Notes under the pieces: generated by a model
What the model was told of the DNA's origin: nothing
Databases searched by the model: none
What the model saw: only the letters and a program-made list of their open reading frames with translations
Made by a program: the position numbers and the translations under genes
Virus record (IMG/VR): IMGVR_UViG_2974724359_000001
Location: 19,795 to 83,794 of that record
DNA: 64,000 nucleotides
Source: Tulanevirus 60ahydrpp
Taxonomy: Duplodnaviria > Heunggongvirae > Uroviricota > Caudoviricetes > Straboviridae
Direction: 5' to 3' (one strand)
In this document: in pieces, positions 10,812 through 18,948 of the stretch
Layout: every line of letters begins with the position of its first letter
Numbering within the stretch: the stretch's first letter is position 1

Positions 10812-11617
10812 TGATTTTTGACTATATCAATGAAGCTCCACAGAAAAAGTCAAGAAACCAATGGGTAACATTGGGAATAGAATGGAGAGAAGCAAAATCC
10901 AAAGGTGTATCAGGAAAGGATTTTGCAAAATCAAAGGGTCTAAATTATGACACGTTTAGACGGACTATGCTTAAATTCGCAAAGCAAATTGATATTGCCA
11001 TAGAAGTCGAAAGTCTAAAAAATAAAGCAAAATTAAATGCACGCGAAAAAGCATTAGTCATGATAAATGACTTTAGAAGTCAATTACGTTCTAGAGCAGC
11101 TGACACTGGAGCAGCAAACAATAATAAATCTCAAAAATGGTTCAATGATACTGTCAAAAAATCAATTCGTGGTCACATGGTATCAAACCCGAAACCAGGG
11201 AGAATTTACACTTTTGCATATGATGCAAAGCACAAAGATACTCTCGAATATTGGGATAGATTCCCGCTAATTTTATTTTTGGGAATAGGCACATCTTCAT
11301 CAGGCCCCTTAATGTATGGCTTAAACTTGCATTATATTCCTCCAAAAGCTAGACAAAGCTTTTTAGAAGAATTGCTAAAAAATTATGCAAGCACCGAACG
11401 ACTCTCCAATAAAACGACTCTGAAAATAAATTGGTCAAATGTTAAAGGAATGAATGGTTCCGACGTCATGATAAAAGCATACCTACCAGCTCATTTAAAA
11501 GGTTCAATGCTAGAAGTGAAACCTAGCGACTGGGTGAACGTCATTTACATGCCGCTGCAGCAGTTTATGTCGAAAGGCAAACGATACTCTGCCAAAAAGG
11601 TATGGGCACGTGCTTAA
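10799..11617 (+). CDS. gp2: DNA end protector protein gp2 (by size and synteny)
   Basis: 272 aa (T4 gp2 274 aa), basic, between gp4 and gp3 as in T4. Confidence 0.55.
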   Translation: MERIMIFDYINEAPQKKSRNQWVTLGIEWREAKSKGVSGKDFAKSKGLNYDTFRRTMLKFAKQIDIAIEVESLKNKAKLNAREKALVMINDFRSQLRSRAADTGAANNNKSQKWFNDTVKKSIRGHMVSNPKPGRIYTFAYDAKHKDTLEYWDRFPLILFLGIGTSSSGPLMYGLNLHYIPPKARQSFLEELLKNYASTERLSNKTTLKINWSNVKGMNGSDVMIKAYLPAHLKGSMLEVKPSDWVNVIYMPLQQFMSKGKRYSAKKVWARA

Positions 11618-11753
11618 TGGTAATGGCCTGGACTTCGTCTGGGCCATTTTATTTTATAGATTAATAAACCATATATCTCGACGTAACGAGTTTAGCAGGG
11701 TGATTCCGGTTAAACCCTGTATGCATCCAGTTATATAAAGGTTACTGGCTTGC

Positions 11754-11863
11754 CAGATTCAAGCTTGCTTGAATCATTCATTTTTATCCTTTATGGCTTA
11801 ATAGATATTATAACTAAAAGGATAAAAAGATAAGTTTGAGCAAGCTCAAACCTGTAAACAGGT
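11754..11863. repeat. structured intergenic element copy A (hairpin, AT-rich palindromic core, hairpin); inverted-core copy at 55547-55645
   Basis: gattcaag-cttg-cttgaatc hairpin, core tttttatcctttatggcttaatagatattataactaaaaggataaaaa, then tttgagcaagctcaaa and cctgtaaacagg hairpins; reverse complement of the core occurs at 55573-55617. Confidence 0.7.
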
Positions 11864-11886
11864 TTTAATTTTTATGGAGTTTTACA

Positions 11887-12414
11887 ATGGCTTTAAACAA
11901 TCAATCGAATATTACTAACTTTACGCTTGATATACCGTCATCTGCTGGTATTAAGACCATGCTCATGAACGTGCAATCAGCATCAATACCAGGTTTTCGT
12001 ATACCTCCGACAGAAATGCCATTAAATTCTCAGGGAACTGCTAGACAAAACGTGCCCAGTACAACAACCGAATTTGATCCGTTGATTGTTCGAGTGTTGC
12101 TTGATGAGGATTTTGAAGCATATACCGAAATGTACAGATGGATGCTTTCATTGAATGACTATGCTCGGCAAACTCCCACTATGTGGGGAACGGTTAATCA
12201 ACCGCCAGCAATAACGCTTCATGTTCTTAATAACTCTAAGCGTGATATAATTGCCTCATTCAATTATCATGGTGCTTGGCCATCTGAAATCGGTGAAATA
12301 GAGTATTCTTACACTGAAGATGGTGATGTTTCTGTGACATTTACAATTACCTTTTTCTTCAAATATTTTGAAATTGAAAAAGATGGTGAATTAATACGAC
12401 CTTTGAGAGTATAA
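11887..12414 (+). CDS. gp3: tail completion / sheath stabiliser protein gp3 (by size and synteny)
   Basis: 175 aa (T4 gp3 176 aa) immediately upstream of gene 1. Confidence 0.5.
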   Translation: MALNNQSNITNFTLDIPSSAGIKTMLMNVQSASIPGFRIPPTEMPLNSQGTARQNVPSTTTEFDPLIVRVLLDEDFEAYTEMYRWMLSLNDYARQTPTMWGTVNQPPAITLHVLNNSKRDIIASFNYHGAWPSEIGEIEYSYTEDGDVSVTFTITFFFKYFEIEKDGELIRPLRV

Positions 12415-12416
12415 CA

Positions 12417-13100
12417 ATGATAATTGCGTTATCGGCGAAAAAGAGATGTGGAAAAGACACAGTAGGCGATCTATTGGAAAAAGAAGGTTTTCATAAGTAC
12501 GCTTTAGCAGAACCTATCAAGATTTTCCTGTACCGTGCAATCCGAGATGACAATCGGTTGCCAATGTTTGTCCAATATTTTGATATGAATGATTTTAACG
12601 GTCTTGGTTATGACCGTGAAGAATATTTGCCCATTTCTAATTCGGATGTTTTTAGAATTATGCGATCTGCATGGATGCTTGTGTGTGATGACCAACAAAT
12701 CGATTACACGTATGCGCATACTGGAATTATTTCAGAAGCAGTTCTTGGCAATAAGAAAGCATGGTCAATTCGTCGACTGATGCAAACATTTGGAACTGAT
12801 ATTGGTTGCGCAATAAATAAACGTATATGGTTGCAATATCTAGAAAATTTCCTATTGAATCACGAAAATGTCGTTGTTACTGACTGTCGGCAAGACCATG
12901 AAATGTCAGAAATGCGAGAATTGGGAGCAGTAGTTGCTCATATTATTCGTCGTACTGATTCAGTAGATACTCATTCCACCGAAGCAGGTCTTCCTATCCG
13001 GTCTGGTGATCATATAATTGATAATACTGGAACGCTTGAAGATTTGCATGAATCCGTTAACAATTTCGTAAAAACACTAAACCCTAAGGATATAAAATGA
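12417..13100 (+). CDS. gp1: deoxynucleoside monophosphate kinase gp1
   Basis: 227 aa; P-loop SAKKRCGKDT; C-terminal CRQDHEMSEMRELGAVVAHIIR...DTHSTEAGLPIRSGDHIIDNTGTLEDL matches T4 gp1. Confidence 0.85.
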   Translation: MIIALSAKKRCGKDTVGDLLEKEGFHKYALAEPIKIFLYRAIRDDNRLPMFVQYFDMNDFNGLGYDREEYLPISNSDVFRIMRSAWMLVCDDQQIDYTYAHTGIISEAVLGNKKAWSIRRLMQTFGTDIGCAINKRIWLQYLENFLLNHENVVVTDCRQDHEMSEMRELGAVVAHIIRRTDSVDTHSTEAGLPIRSGDHIIDNTGTLEDLHESVNNFVKTLNPKDIK

Positions 13101-13330
13101 ACGCAGAACAACAAACCATCGCTTCCCTGAAAATTCGAGTTTTTGATCTGAGCGAGCAACTTGTTGCTACTCAACAACAAGCAAAAGAATTTTCAGATGC
13201 CCTCACCAAAATCGTCCAACTTTTGGGTGTGACCCCGGCCGATGGTGAAGATAGCATTGCCCTTTCTTCTATTGTAGAAGCAGTAGAAGCTCTGGTTCCT
13301 TCTCAAGAAGTTGAAGTGGTAGAAGAATAA
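13097..13330 (+). CDS. 57A: tail-fibre assembly chaperone gp57A-like
   Basis: 77 aa coiled-coil, acidic C-terminus, adjacent to gene 1 and 57B as in T4. Confidence 0.55.
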   Translation: MNAEQQTIASLKIRVFDLSEQLVATQQQAKEFSDALTKIVQLLGVTPADGEDSIALSSIVEAVEALVPSQEVEVVEE

Positions 13331-13767
13331 TGTTTACAGACAGCTTCGTAGGAACATACGTTGCTTGTAAATTTAGTGATGAAACGCTGGATTTTATCCA
13401 GCGTATTCAAGAAGAACTTAGATTGCCAAATCCTGTTCCTCGAGACGAACTTCATTCTACTATCGTTTATAGCAGAGTATATGTTCCATTTATCCCAGAC
13501 GATTCGCCTGAACATTTGGCCGATAGTTGCTATCTGAGAATTTTTGAAACTCCAGAAAAGAATTTTCTTGTTCTGGCGTATGATTCTCCGTACATGCAAA
13601 AACGACATGCGTACGGCCAGATCCTTGGCTCGTCAGCTCATGATTTTGACGAATACATTCCTCACATCACGATTGCAAAAGACATTGGTCCTCTTAAGTA
13701 TGAAGGATCGTATGACTTCCCTATCGTAACAGCACATGAATATGTGGAAGAATTACGTCAAGATTAA
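13330..13767 (+). CDS. acb1: 2H phosphoesterase, Acb1-like (T4 gene 57B homologue; cyclic-oligonucleotide phosphodiesterase)
   Basis: 145 aa with two H-x-T/S-x motifs (HSTIV, HITIA) typical of 2H phosphoesterases; located next to 57A and gene 1 exactly as T4 57B (Acb1). Confidence 0.65.
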   Translation: MFTDSFVGTYVACKFSDETLDFIQRIQEELRLPNPVPRDELHSTIVYSRVYVPFIPDDSPEHLADSCYLRIFETPEKNFLVLAYDSPYMQKRHAYGQILGSSAHDFDEYIPHITIAKDIGPLKYEGSYDFPIVTAHEYVEELRQD

Positions 13768-13872
13768 AGCAAAAAGCAGTTAATGTTCAAAGCTACGAAA
13801 ATTGATGTACTATGAATTCATGAACAAAACGTTGTTCAGAAATGAAAACTAATCAAACTTAAGGAAAATAAA

Positions 13873-14079
13873 ATGCAAAAGCAAGTAATTCTGTCCACTG
13901 GTTCTACCCTGACTGTATCCGGCCGTGCTGTTTCTGTTGAAGTAGGCCCTGTTTTCACTGCTCTTGTCAAAGGTGAAGGCGAAAAACGCGTAGTAGTTGC
14001 TGAAGTTCGCAGTGAACTGGTTGATGTTGTTGTTCATGAACCTCGCCTTCTGGGTGAAGCTGTCGAAGCTGCTGAATAA
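13873..14079 (+). CDS. hypothetical small acidic protein
   Basis: 68 aa, AT-rich leader with aaggaaaataaaATG, followed by strong terminator. Confidence 0.55.
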   Translation: MQKQVILSTGSTLTVSGRAVSVEVGPVFTALVKGEGEKRVVVAEVRSELVDVVVHEPRLLGEAVEAAE

Positions 14080-14084
14080 TTTTC

Positions 14085-14110
14085 AAATGCCCTCTTCGGA
14101 GGGCATTTTT
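14085..14110 (+). terminator. rho-independent terminator
   Basis: aaatgccctcttcggagggcattttt. Confidence 0.8.
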
Positions 14111-14129
14111 GTAACTATACGGAGAAGTT

Positions 14130-14336
14130 ATGGAAATCTTTTTGTTTTATTTTGTGATCACGTATTTGGCAGCATGTACAGTTTTGGCTATTAACGTGAT
14201 AAAGTATACAACATCAACATTCAGATGGAATTTTGTCTGGACAACTGGCCAAAAATGCGGATTTGTATTGACAACTGCACTATGCAGCTACATTATTCCG
14301 TTTCGCGTTTATGCAGATACAATTGGAAAAAAATAA
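14130..14336 (+). CDS. small membrane protein
   Basis: 68 aa, two hydrophobic segments. Confidence 0.45.
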   Translation: MEIFLFYFVITYLAACTVLAINVIKYTTSTFRWNFVWTTGQKCGFVLTTALCSYIIPFRVYADTIGKK

Positions 14337-14603
14337 ATGACAGATCAGCAAGAAGAATTTTTACATACGAAAACATCCGAATTAGTTAAAGTCTGGTGTG
14401 AATATGACATAAATGGCAGTTTTGGAGGAAACAACAATGAAGAAGTTTGTCGTATCATGTTTCCATCAGATATGCCGCCAGATGATTATTCTGCTCATAT
14501 TAGCATCATGGTTATGAAACATATGAAAGAGCAAACTGGCTTAGATGAAGACGATCTTGATGGTCTTATTGGATGGGACTACTTTACGCCTTTGGAATTG
14601 TGA
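14337..14603 (+). CDS. hypothetical protein
   Basis: 88 aa ORF, start overlaps previous stop (ATGA). Confidence 0.45.
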   Translation: MTDQQEEFLHTKTSELVKVWCEYDINGSFGGNNNEEVCRIMFPSDMPPDDYSAHISIMVMKHMKEQTGLDEDDLDGLIGWDYFTPLEL

Positions 14604-14681
14604 TGGAAAACGTTGGCATTGCAAGAGTTGTCAGAACAATTGAGTTCGATTAACATAAAGCATAGACTTGAGGTATAGAAA

Positions 14682-15173
14682 ATGAAATTTGCACCCGGAA
14701 CTGTAATTCCAGAAGGATACGTCATTAAAATCACTTCCTGGGAAAATGATGGTGATGATTACGATGATGTCATTCATACCGGCAGGCCAATGAAAGATAT
14801 CGAATTCTTTGAGAAAATCAAACCGATTTTCAGTTCATACCATGACGAAACAAATAAAGGCTATGGCAACAAAGATTATAATCCTGGGATGGCCGCCGAT
14901 TTGTTTGAGATTTTTGTAGAAAATATGCATTTGTCTTTGCAATTCAAACACTATCTAGGGTTGACACCAGATATGTATGATCCACTTGATGGCGATTATA
15001 CAAATTCATTCAGCCATGACAATTTCTGCAAAATGGTGAAAGAAAACATCACCGGTTATGCCAAACAGTATGACTTCGATTTTATTCGTGTGGTCGAGTC
15101 TATTGAAATCGAGTATAACGCGTCTGAATACGTTGTTCCAGAATTACATCTCGTTAAAATTAAGGTTATCTAA
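14682..15173 (+). CDS. hypothetical protein
   Basis: 163 aa, RBS gaggtatagaaaATG. Confidence 0.55.
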   Translation: MKFAPGTVIPEGYVIKITSWENDGDDYDDVIHTGRPMKDIEFFEKIKPIFSSYHDETNKGYGNKDYNPGMAADLFEIFVENMHLSLQFKHYLGLTPDMYDPLDGDYTNSFSHDNFCKMVKENITGYAKQYDFDFIRVVESIEIEYNASEYVVPELHLVKIKVI

Positions 15174-15439
15174 TGCAATTTTTATTTGAATTATTTGCAG
15201 TTAGCGTTCAATACACGGCTGTTGCACTGATTGTATATGTTTTGCTGCATGGTTATGCATTCTTTGACGAATGGCGGCGAGGAAAGCCTGACTCAAAGTT
15301 TCCAGCAAAAAGCCTATCAACCATGCAGATTTATGGAACCATTGCAGCAGCATGGCTACCTGTAGCTCTTTTCTTGCTATGGAAGCTAATTGAATTCATT
15401 TACGTCAAAGTAGTAGTCGATAAAATTTACAAAAAGTAG
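15173..15439 (+). CDS. small membrane protein
   Basis: 88 aa, two TM segments, ATG overlaps previous stop. Confidence 0.5.
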   Translation: MQFLFELFAVSVQYTAVALIVYVLLHGYAFFDEWRRGKPDSKFPAKSLSTMQIYGTIAAAWLPVALFLLWKLIEFIYVKVVVDKIYKK

Positions 15440-15479
15440 TTTACATTGATGGGACTATGTTTTATGATAGTCCCATCAA
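15439..15479 (+). promoter_or_regulatory. early-type promoter with palindrome (PeSL-like cassette 1)
   Basis: GTTTACA -35, 17 bp spacer, TATGAT -10; inverted repeat TTGATGGGACTAT / ATAGTCCCATCAA brackets the -10. Confidence 0.6.
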
Positions 15480-15499
15480 ATCAATACGGAGTAATTTAA

Positions 15500-15712
15500 A
15501 TGAAAATCTATCACCCGCAACATATCGCGAAAGTTAACGGTATTACAAAGGTTGACATGATTCGCGGCCATAAAACTCAAGGATTTCATTGCTATATCAT
15601 GTTTAAAGATGGCAAGGTCATTGATTGCACCTTCAAAAATGACACGGCACAATTCCGCAATATGGAAAAGATTGCTCGTGAAGTAGCAGCAGAACATCAA
15701 TACACTCTGTGA
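15500..15712 (+). CDS. hypothetical protein
   Basis: 70 aa, RBS ggagtaatttaaATG. Confidence 0.5.
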   Translation: MKIYHPQHIAKVNGITKVDMIRGHKTQGFHCYIMFKDGKVIDCTFKNDTAQFRNMEKIAREVAAEHQYTL

Positions 15713-15816
15713 GAAACAACACAGTTCTGACAATGGGTTGACTATAATACCCATCGAAATTGGCCGTGGAGGGAATCAATAACGCGTGCTGAAATACTAA
15801 TACCGAAGGAGGTAAA

Positions 15817-16272
15817 ATGAAAAAAATTGTTTTGGTTTTGGCTCTTGCTTTTGCATCTTCTTATGCGATCGCAGATTCAACCAATTTGATAATTGGTGGT
15901 TTTTCAAAACATTACGAAAATGATGAAATGAATGAAAAACATCCGGCGATAGGGGTCGAAATTGACAACTTTTCAATAGTATATACGTCGAAAAACTCGA
16001 TTAATAAACCTTCGGTTCAGTTGGCTTATTCTGACACATTTTACACTTATGGAATTTTTGATATTGGTTATCGCGTTGGTTTTATGACCGGTTATCGATA
16101 TGGAACAAAATATGCCAATAACCGATGGTATAATGGTGTTGATTTGGGTGCCGGGATAGCCCCGCTCGCCGCCATTGATATTTCGGTAGATACCCCTATT
16201 CCGAGCGTCAAATTTGTTACAAGCGTAACACCAGTTGTTACGATGTTCGGATTAAAGATTGAACTTTGGTAA
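15817..16272 (+). CDS. secreted protein, possible small outer-membrane beta-barrel
   Basis: 151 aa, signal peptide MKKIVLVLALAFASSYA, alternating hydrophobic pattern, C-terminal aromatic (…GLKIELW). Confidence 0.5.
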   Translation: MKKIVLVLALAFASSYAIADSTNLIIGGFSKHYENDEMNEKHPAIGVEIDNFSIVYTSKNSINKPSVQLAYSDTFYTYGIFDIGYRVGFMTGYRYGTKYANNRWYNGVDLGAGIAPLAAIDISVDTPIPSVKFVTSVTPVVTMFGLKIELW

Positions 16273-16287
16273 ATTTGAGAACGCAAA

Positions 16288-16533
16288 ATGAAAACTATTT
16301 CACCGACTGGTAAAGAAAAAACGTTCAAATCGTGGAAAAGCCTGAAAGAGTGGCTGTACGCTAATTTTGATTCGTGGGATGCTGATATATTAGATATTCC
16401 ATTTAACTCGACTGTACATTGGGGTCTGTGCCCATTTGATCAAGATATCTACAATGGAAAAGAAACGTTTGTTTGGAATTTCTGCAAAACCCTTTTAGAA
16501 AAAGAGCTCGAGAGTCGAGCTGAGGAGATTTGA
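16288..16533 (+). CDS. hypothetical protein
   Basis: 81 aa ORF. Confidence 0.45.
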   Translation: MKTISPTGKEKTFKSWKSLKEWLYANFDSWDADILDIPFNSTVHWGLCPFDQDIYNGKETFVWNFCKTLLEKELESRAEEI

Positions 16534-16534
16534 A

Positions 16535-16744
16535 TTGGAAACCGTCGTTGTAAAACTGCCCGCTCATCTAAAAGAATGGTTCATTTCTTATATGTGCAAT
16601 TCGGGTGAACAGCATCTCATGGAAGCATGGCATGATGAAGGCATCGAAGGCGATGGCGTCGATTTCAGATATCCATATTATTCTCGAAAGCGTGGCGAAG
16701 AAGTTGACGAGACCGCTGATATCGTAGTTACTGAGTATAAGTGA
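16535..16744 (+). CDS. hypothetical protein
   Basis: 69 aa ORF. Confidence 0.4.
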   Translation: METVVVKLPAHLKEWFISYMCNSGEQHLMEAWHDEGIEGDGVDFRYPYYSRKRGEEVDETADIVVTEYK

Positions 16745-16805
16745 TTTATTGTGAAACGTTTTTAAGTTATCGCTGAAATCGAGCGATCCGATATTCCGGT
16801 ATACG

Positions 16806-17030
16806 TTGGCAGGAAAATGGAATAGGTTAGTCATGAAAAAAGAAAACCACGACATCGATCGATATTCGGAACGTCTTCGTGACATTGAAAACATTTGTTG
16901 GGGCTGTGGAAAACCCTGGACAATCAGGGATTGCTCATGGCAGAAAGTGAAAGGATTATTGCATAGACAGCCTGGTTGTCCTGGGTGTGGTTCTAGGTCA
17001 ATAATTCACATACCGGGCACCCATAAATAG
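16806..17030 (+). CDS. zinc-ribbon protein
   Basis: 74 aa with CWGCG...CPGCG. Confidence 0.45.
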   Translation: MAGKWNRLVMKKENHDIDRYSERLRDIENICWGCGKPWTIRDCSWQKVKGLLHRQPGCPGCGSRSIIHIPGTHK

Positions 17031-17175
17031 ATATACCAAATAACAAAAGGTCGAGCGCAGCGCGGTAAGGAAGCGAAGCGGTTACATCCTTAATACTGAA
17101 CCGATTAAGTTACGGCGGATGGACTGGGCTATCGGTAAACGGGGAAGCATAGACCCGAGCACCTGGCGTTATTAT

Positions 17176-17260
17176 GCAAGTATGGTGGAATTGGTATACA
17201 CTGGAGGCTTAAAACCTCCCGCCTTCGGGATTGTGGGTTCGAGTCCCACTACTTGCACCA
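17176..17260 (+). tRNA. tRNA-Leu(TAA)
   Basis: acceptor gcaagta/tacttgc + A + CCA; anticodon arm ggagg-cTTAAaa-cctcc; long variable arm; T-loop GGTTCGAGTCC. Confidence 0.8.
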
Positions 17261-17271
17261 AATTCAAATTT

Positions 17272-17312
17272 CTAAAGCATATTGTTTACACGCTTTGGAA
17301 ATAAGATATTAT
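17272..17312 (+). promoter_or_regulatory. tRNA-cluster promoter copy 1
   Basis: ctaaagcatattGTTTACA-16-TATTAT; near-identical copies at 17642 and 20788. Confidence 0.55.
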
Positions 17313-17451
17313 TAACTTATCGAATCAAAACACGCATTCAGTCTTGAATGGGATAAATGGTGAAAAGCCATGGTTTTCCTGGAGCAAGCCTTAAGTGGAC
17401 AGAACTCTCATCCTAGTGACGCAGGAAGTGTTTAGATTCGAAAAGAATTCT

Positions 17452-17545
17452 GGAAGATTGGCCCGAGTTGGTTTAAGGCACCGGTCTTGAAAACCGGCAG
17501 TCGTAGGAATACGGCTCATCCGTTCGAATCGGATATCTTCCTCCA
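17452..17545 (+). tRNA. tRNA-Ser(TGA)
   Basis: acceptor ggaagat/atcttcc + CCA; ccggt-cTTGAaa-accgg; long variable arm; T-loop CGTTCGAATCG. Confidence 0.75.
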
Positions 17546-17551
17546 AATTGA

Positions 17552-17634
17552 GGTGCTGTGAGCCGAGCGGCTTAAGGCGGTCCTAATGCAGGACATACGA
17601 AAGCGTATCGTAGGTTCGAATCCTACCAGCACCC
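17552..17634 (+). ncRNA. type II tRNA-like gene with non-canonical anticodon loop (taatgca); anticodon unassignable
   Basis: perfect acceptor ggtgctg/cagcacc, D-arm, long variable hairpin catacgaaagcgtatcg, T-arm taggttcgaatccta, but 4 bp anticodon stem and loop lacking U33. Confidence 0.45.
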
Positions 17635-17641
17635 ATTAATT

Positions 17642-17682
17642 CTGAAGCATATTGTTCAGAGTTGCTGGAAATGAGATATTAT
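17642..17682 (+). promoter_or_regulatory. tRNA-cluster promoter copy 2
   Basis: ctgaagcatattGTTCAGA-16-TATTAT. Confidence 0.5.
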
Positions 17683-17713
17683 TATCTCATCGATTAAAAT
17701 AAGTTGATTTTGG

Positions 17714-17796
17714 GGTGATGTAGCATAACGGTCATGCGGCCGGCTGTTACCCGGCGAGGAAACTCTACGTTGGTTCGACTCCAACCATCACCGCCA
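17714..17796 (+). tRNA. tRNA-Asn(GTT) with unusually long variable region
   Basis: acceptor ggtgatg/catcacc + G + CCA; gccgg-cTGTTac-ccggc; 13 nt between anticodon stem and T-stem. Confidence 0.6.
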
Positions 17797-17809
17797 AAAT
17801 CAATTTCAT

Positions 17810-17893
17810 GGAGTATTTGGGTAACTGGTAGCCCAGCAGATTGTAAACCTGCCGCCTCTGGCATTCCTGGTTCGAATCCAGGATACTCCACCA
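17810..17893 (+). tRNA. tRNA-Tyr(GTA)
   Basis: acceptor ggagtat/atactcc + A + CCA; loop ttGTAaa; long variable arm; GGTTCGAATCC. Confidence 0.65.
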
Positions 17894-17914
17894 TTTCATT
17901 GCGAGAAATATATT

Positions 17915-18439
17915 ATGAAGCCTGACTTAATGACCGCATATTCCAATCAGCGTGGAAGAGCAAAGAATCGTGGAATAGATTGGGAATTTACATTCGACAC
18001 TTGGATATCTTGGTGGGAATCCACTGGTAAACTGAGTCAGCGCGGCATACATGTCGGTGGTTATATTATGTGTCGAGTAAATGATACCGGTCCTTATTCA
18101 CCATCAAATGTGTATTGCGGAACGTATTCCGATAACATGAAAGATATGTTATCATTGGGAACCCGCAAGGGATGGCAAATGAGCGATGACCATAGAGCCA
18201 GAATAGCCAAATTGGCCGGAAAAGCCGGTGGAAAACGTTTTGCTGAACTTTACTCATTAAGTCAAGATACAATCAAAACTCGTTTATCTTTAATATCAGA
18301 TATCGATTTGACGAAATTTGGTTGGGTTGTCAAGGTTGCTAAGGTTTTAAACATATCGCATACACAAGCGCGACGATTTGTTGACGAATGGTATGATGGT
18401 GAAGTTTACAAGAGAAATACGCCGGTAGCTAAGCGGTAA
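17915..18439 (+). CDS. putative homing-endonuclease-like DNA-binding protein (N-terminal YSNQRGRAKNRGIDWEFTFDTW motif, C-terminal helix-turn-helix)
   Basis: 174 aa ORF inside tRNA cluster; last 21 nt overlap tRNA-Lys; C-terminal AKVLNISHTQARRFV resembles NUMOD/IENR-type HTH. Confidence 0.45.
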   Translation: MKPDLMTAYSNQRGRAKNRGIDWEFTFDTWISWWESTGKLSQRGIHVGGYIMCRVNDTGPYSPSNVYCGTYSDNMKDMLSLGTRKGWQMSDDHRARIAKLAGKAGGKRFAELYSLSQDTIKTRLSLISDIDLTKFGWVVKVAKVLNISHTQARRFVDEWYDGEVYKRNTPVAKR

Positions 18440-18494
18440 AGCACCTGACTTTTAATCAGGATACTCGATGGTTCGAATCCATCCCGGCGTACCA
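18419..18494 (+). tRNA. tRNA-Lys(TTT)
   Basis: acceptor acgccgg/ccggcgt + A + CCA; cctga-cTTTTaa-tcagg; GGTTCGAATCC. Confidence 0.75.
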
Positions 18495-18500
18495 AACAAT

Positions 18501-18587
18501 GGAGAGGTAAGATGTAAAGATCATCAGCCCCTCGTAATGGGCCCGCCTTACAAGTCTTGTTGGAATCGAAGCCAACCCTCTCCACCA
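18501..18587 (+). ncRNA. tRNA-like RNA with CCA end and irregular anticodon and T arms
   Basis: acceptor ggagagg/cctctcc + A + CCA, D-arm gatg/catc, but anticodon arm gccc-ctcgtaat-gggc (8 nt loop) and 8 nt T-loop aatcgaag. Confidence 0.4.
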
Positions 18588-18684
18588 GATTTCGCAGTAA
18601 AGAAGTTGTAATGAACTGTCATCTTACGACCACACCGAGTAACGTTCGACGTATGATTACGAAGATTCCAGGGTGCTACAATTT

Positions 18685-18756
18685 GAATGACGAGTGTACG
18701 GCCAAGCACGCCACCTTTTAGGCGCCGGAGGACAGGTTCGAGTCCTGTATCATTCA
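18685..18756 (+). ncRNA. tRNA-like gene with 4 bp anticodon stem and 8 nt loop (ACCTTTTA)
   Basis: acceptor gaatgac/atcattc, D-arm gtgt/gcac, perfect T-arm acagg-ttcgagt-cctgt; anticodon region cgcc-acctttta-ggcg. Confidence 0.4.
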
Positions 18757-18785
18757 CTGCAAATTAGTTTCAAGTAATCATTGGT

Positions 18786-18860
18786 GTGACCTTAGTAGTA
18801 ATGGTAGCTATCCTGGATGTGACCCAGGGAGTACGGGTTCGAACCCCGTAGGTCACCCCA
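18786..18860 (+). tRNA. tRNA-His(GTG)
   Basis: acceptor gtgacct/aggtcac + C + CCA; cctgg-atGTGac-ccagg; GGGTTCGAACCCC. Confidence 0.75.
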
Positions 18861-18872
18861 ATGATTATTTTC

Positions 18873-18948
18873 GCGATATTAGCTCAGTTGGTAGAGCTTC
18901 TGATTTCCAATCAGAATGTCATCGGTTCGAGACCGATATATCGCTCCA
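18873..18948 (+). tRNA. tRNA-Gly(TCC)
   Basis: acceptor gcgatat/atatcgc + T + CCA; tctga-ttTCCaa-tcaga; D-arm agctcagttggtagagc. Confidence 0.8.
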
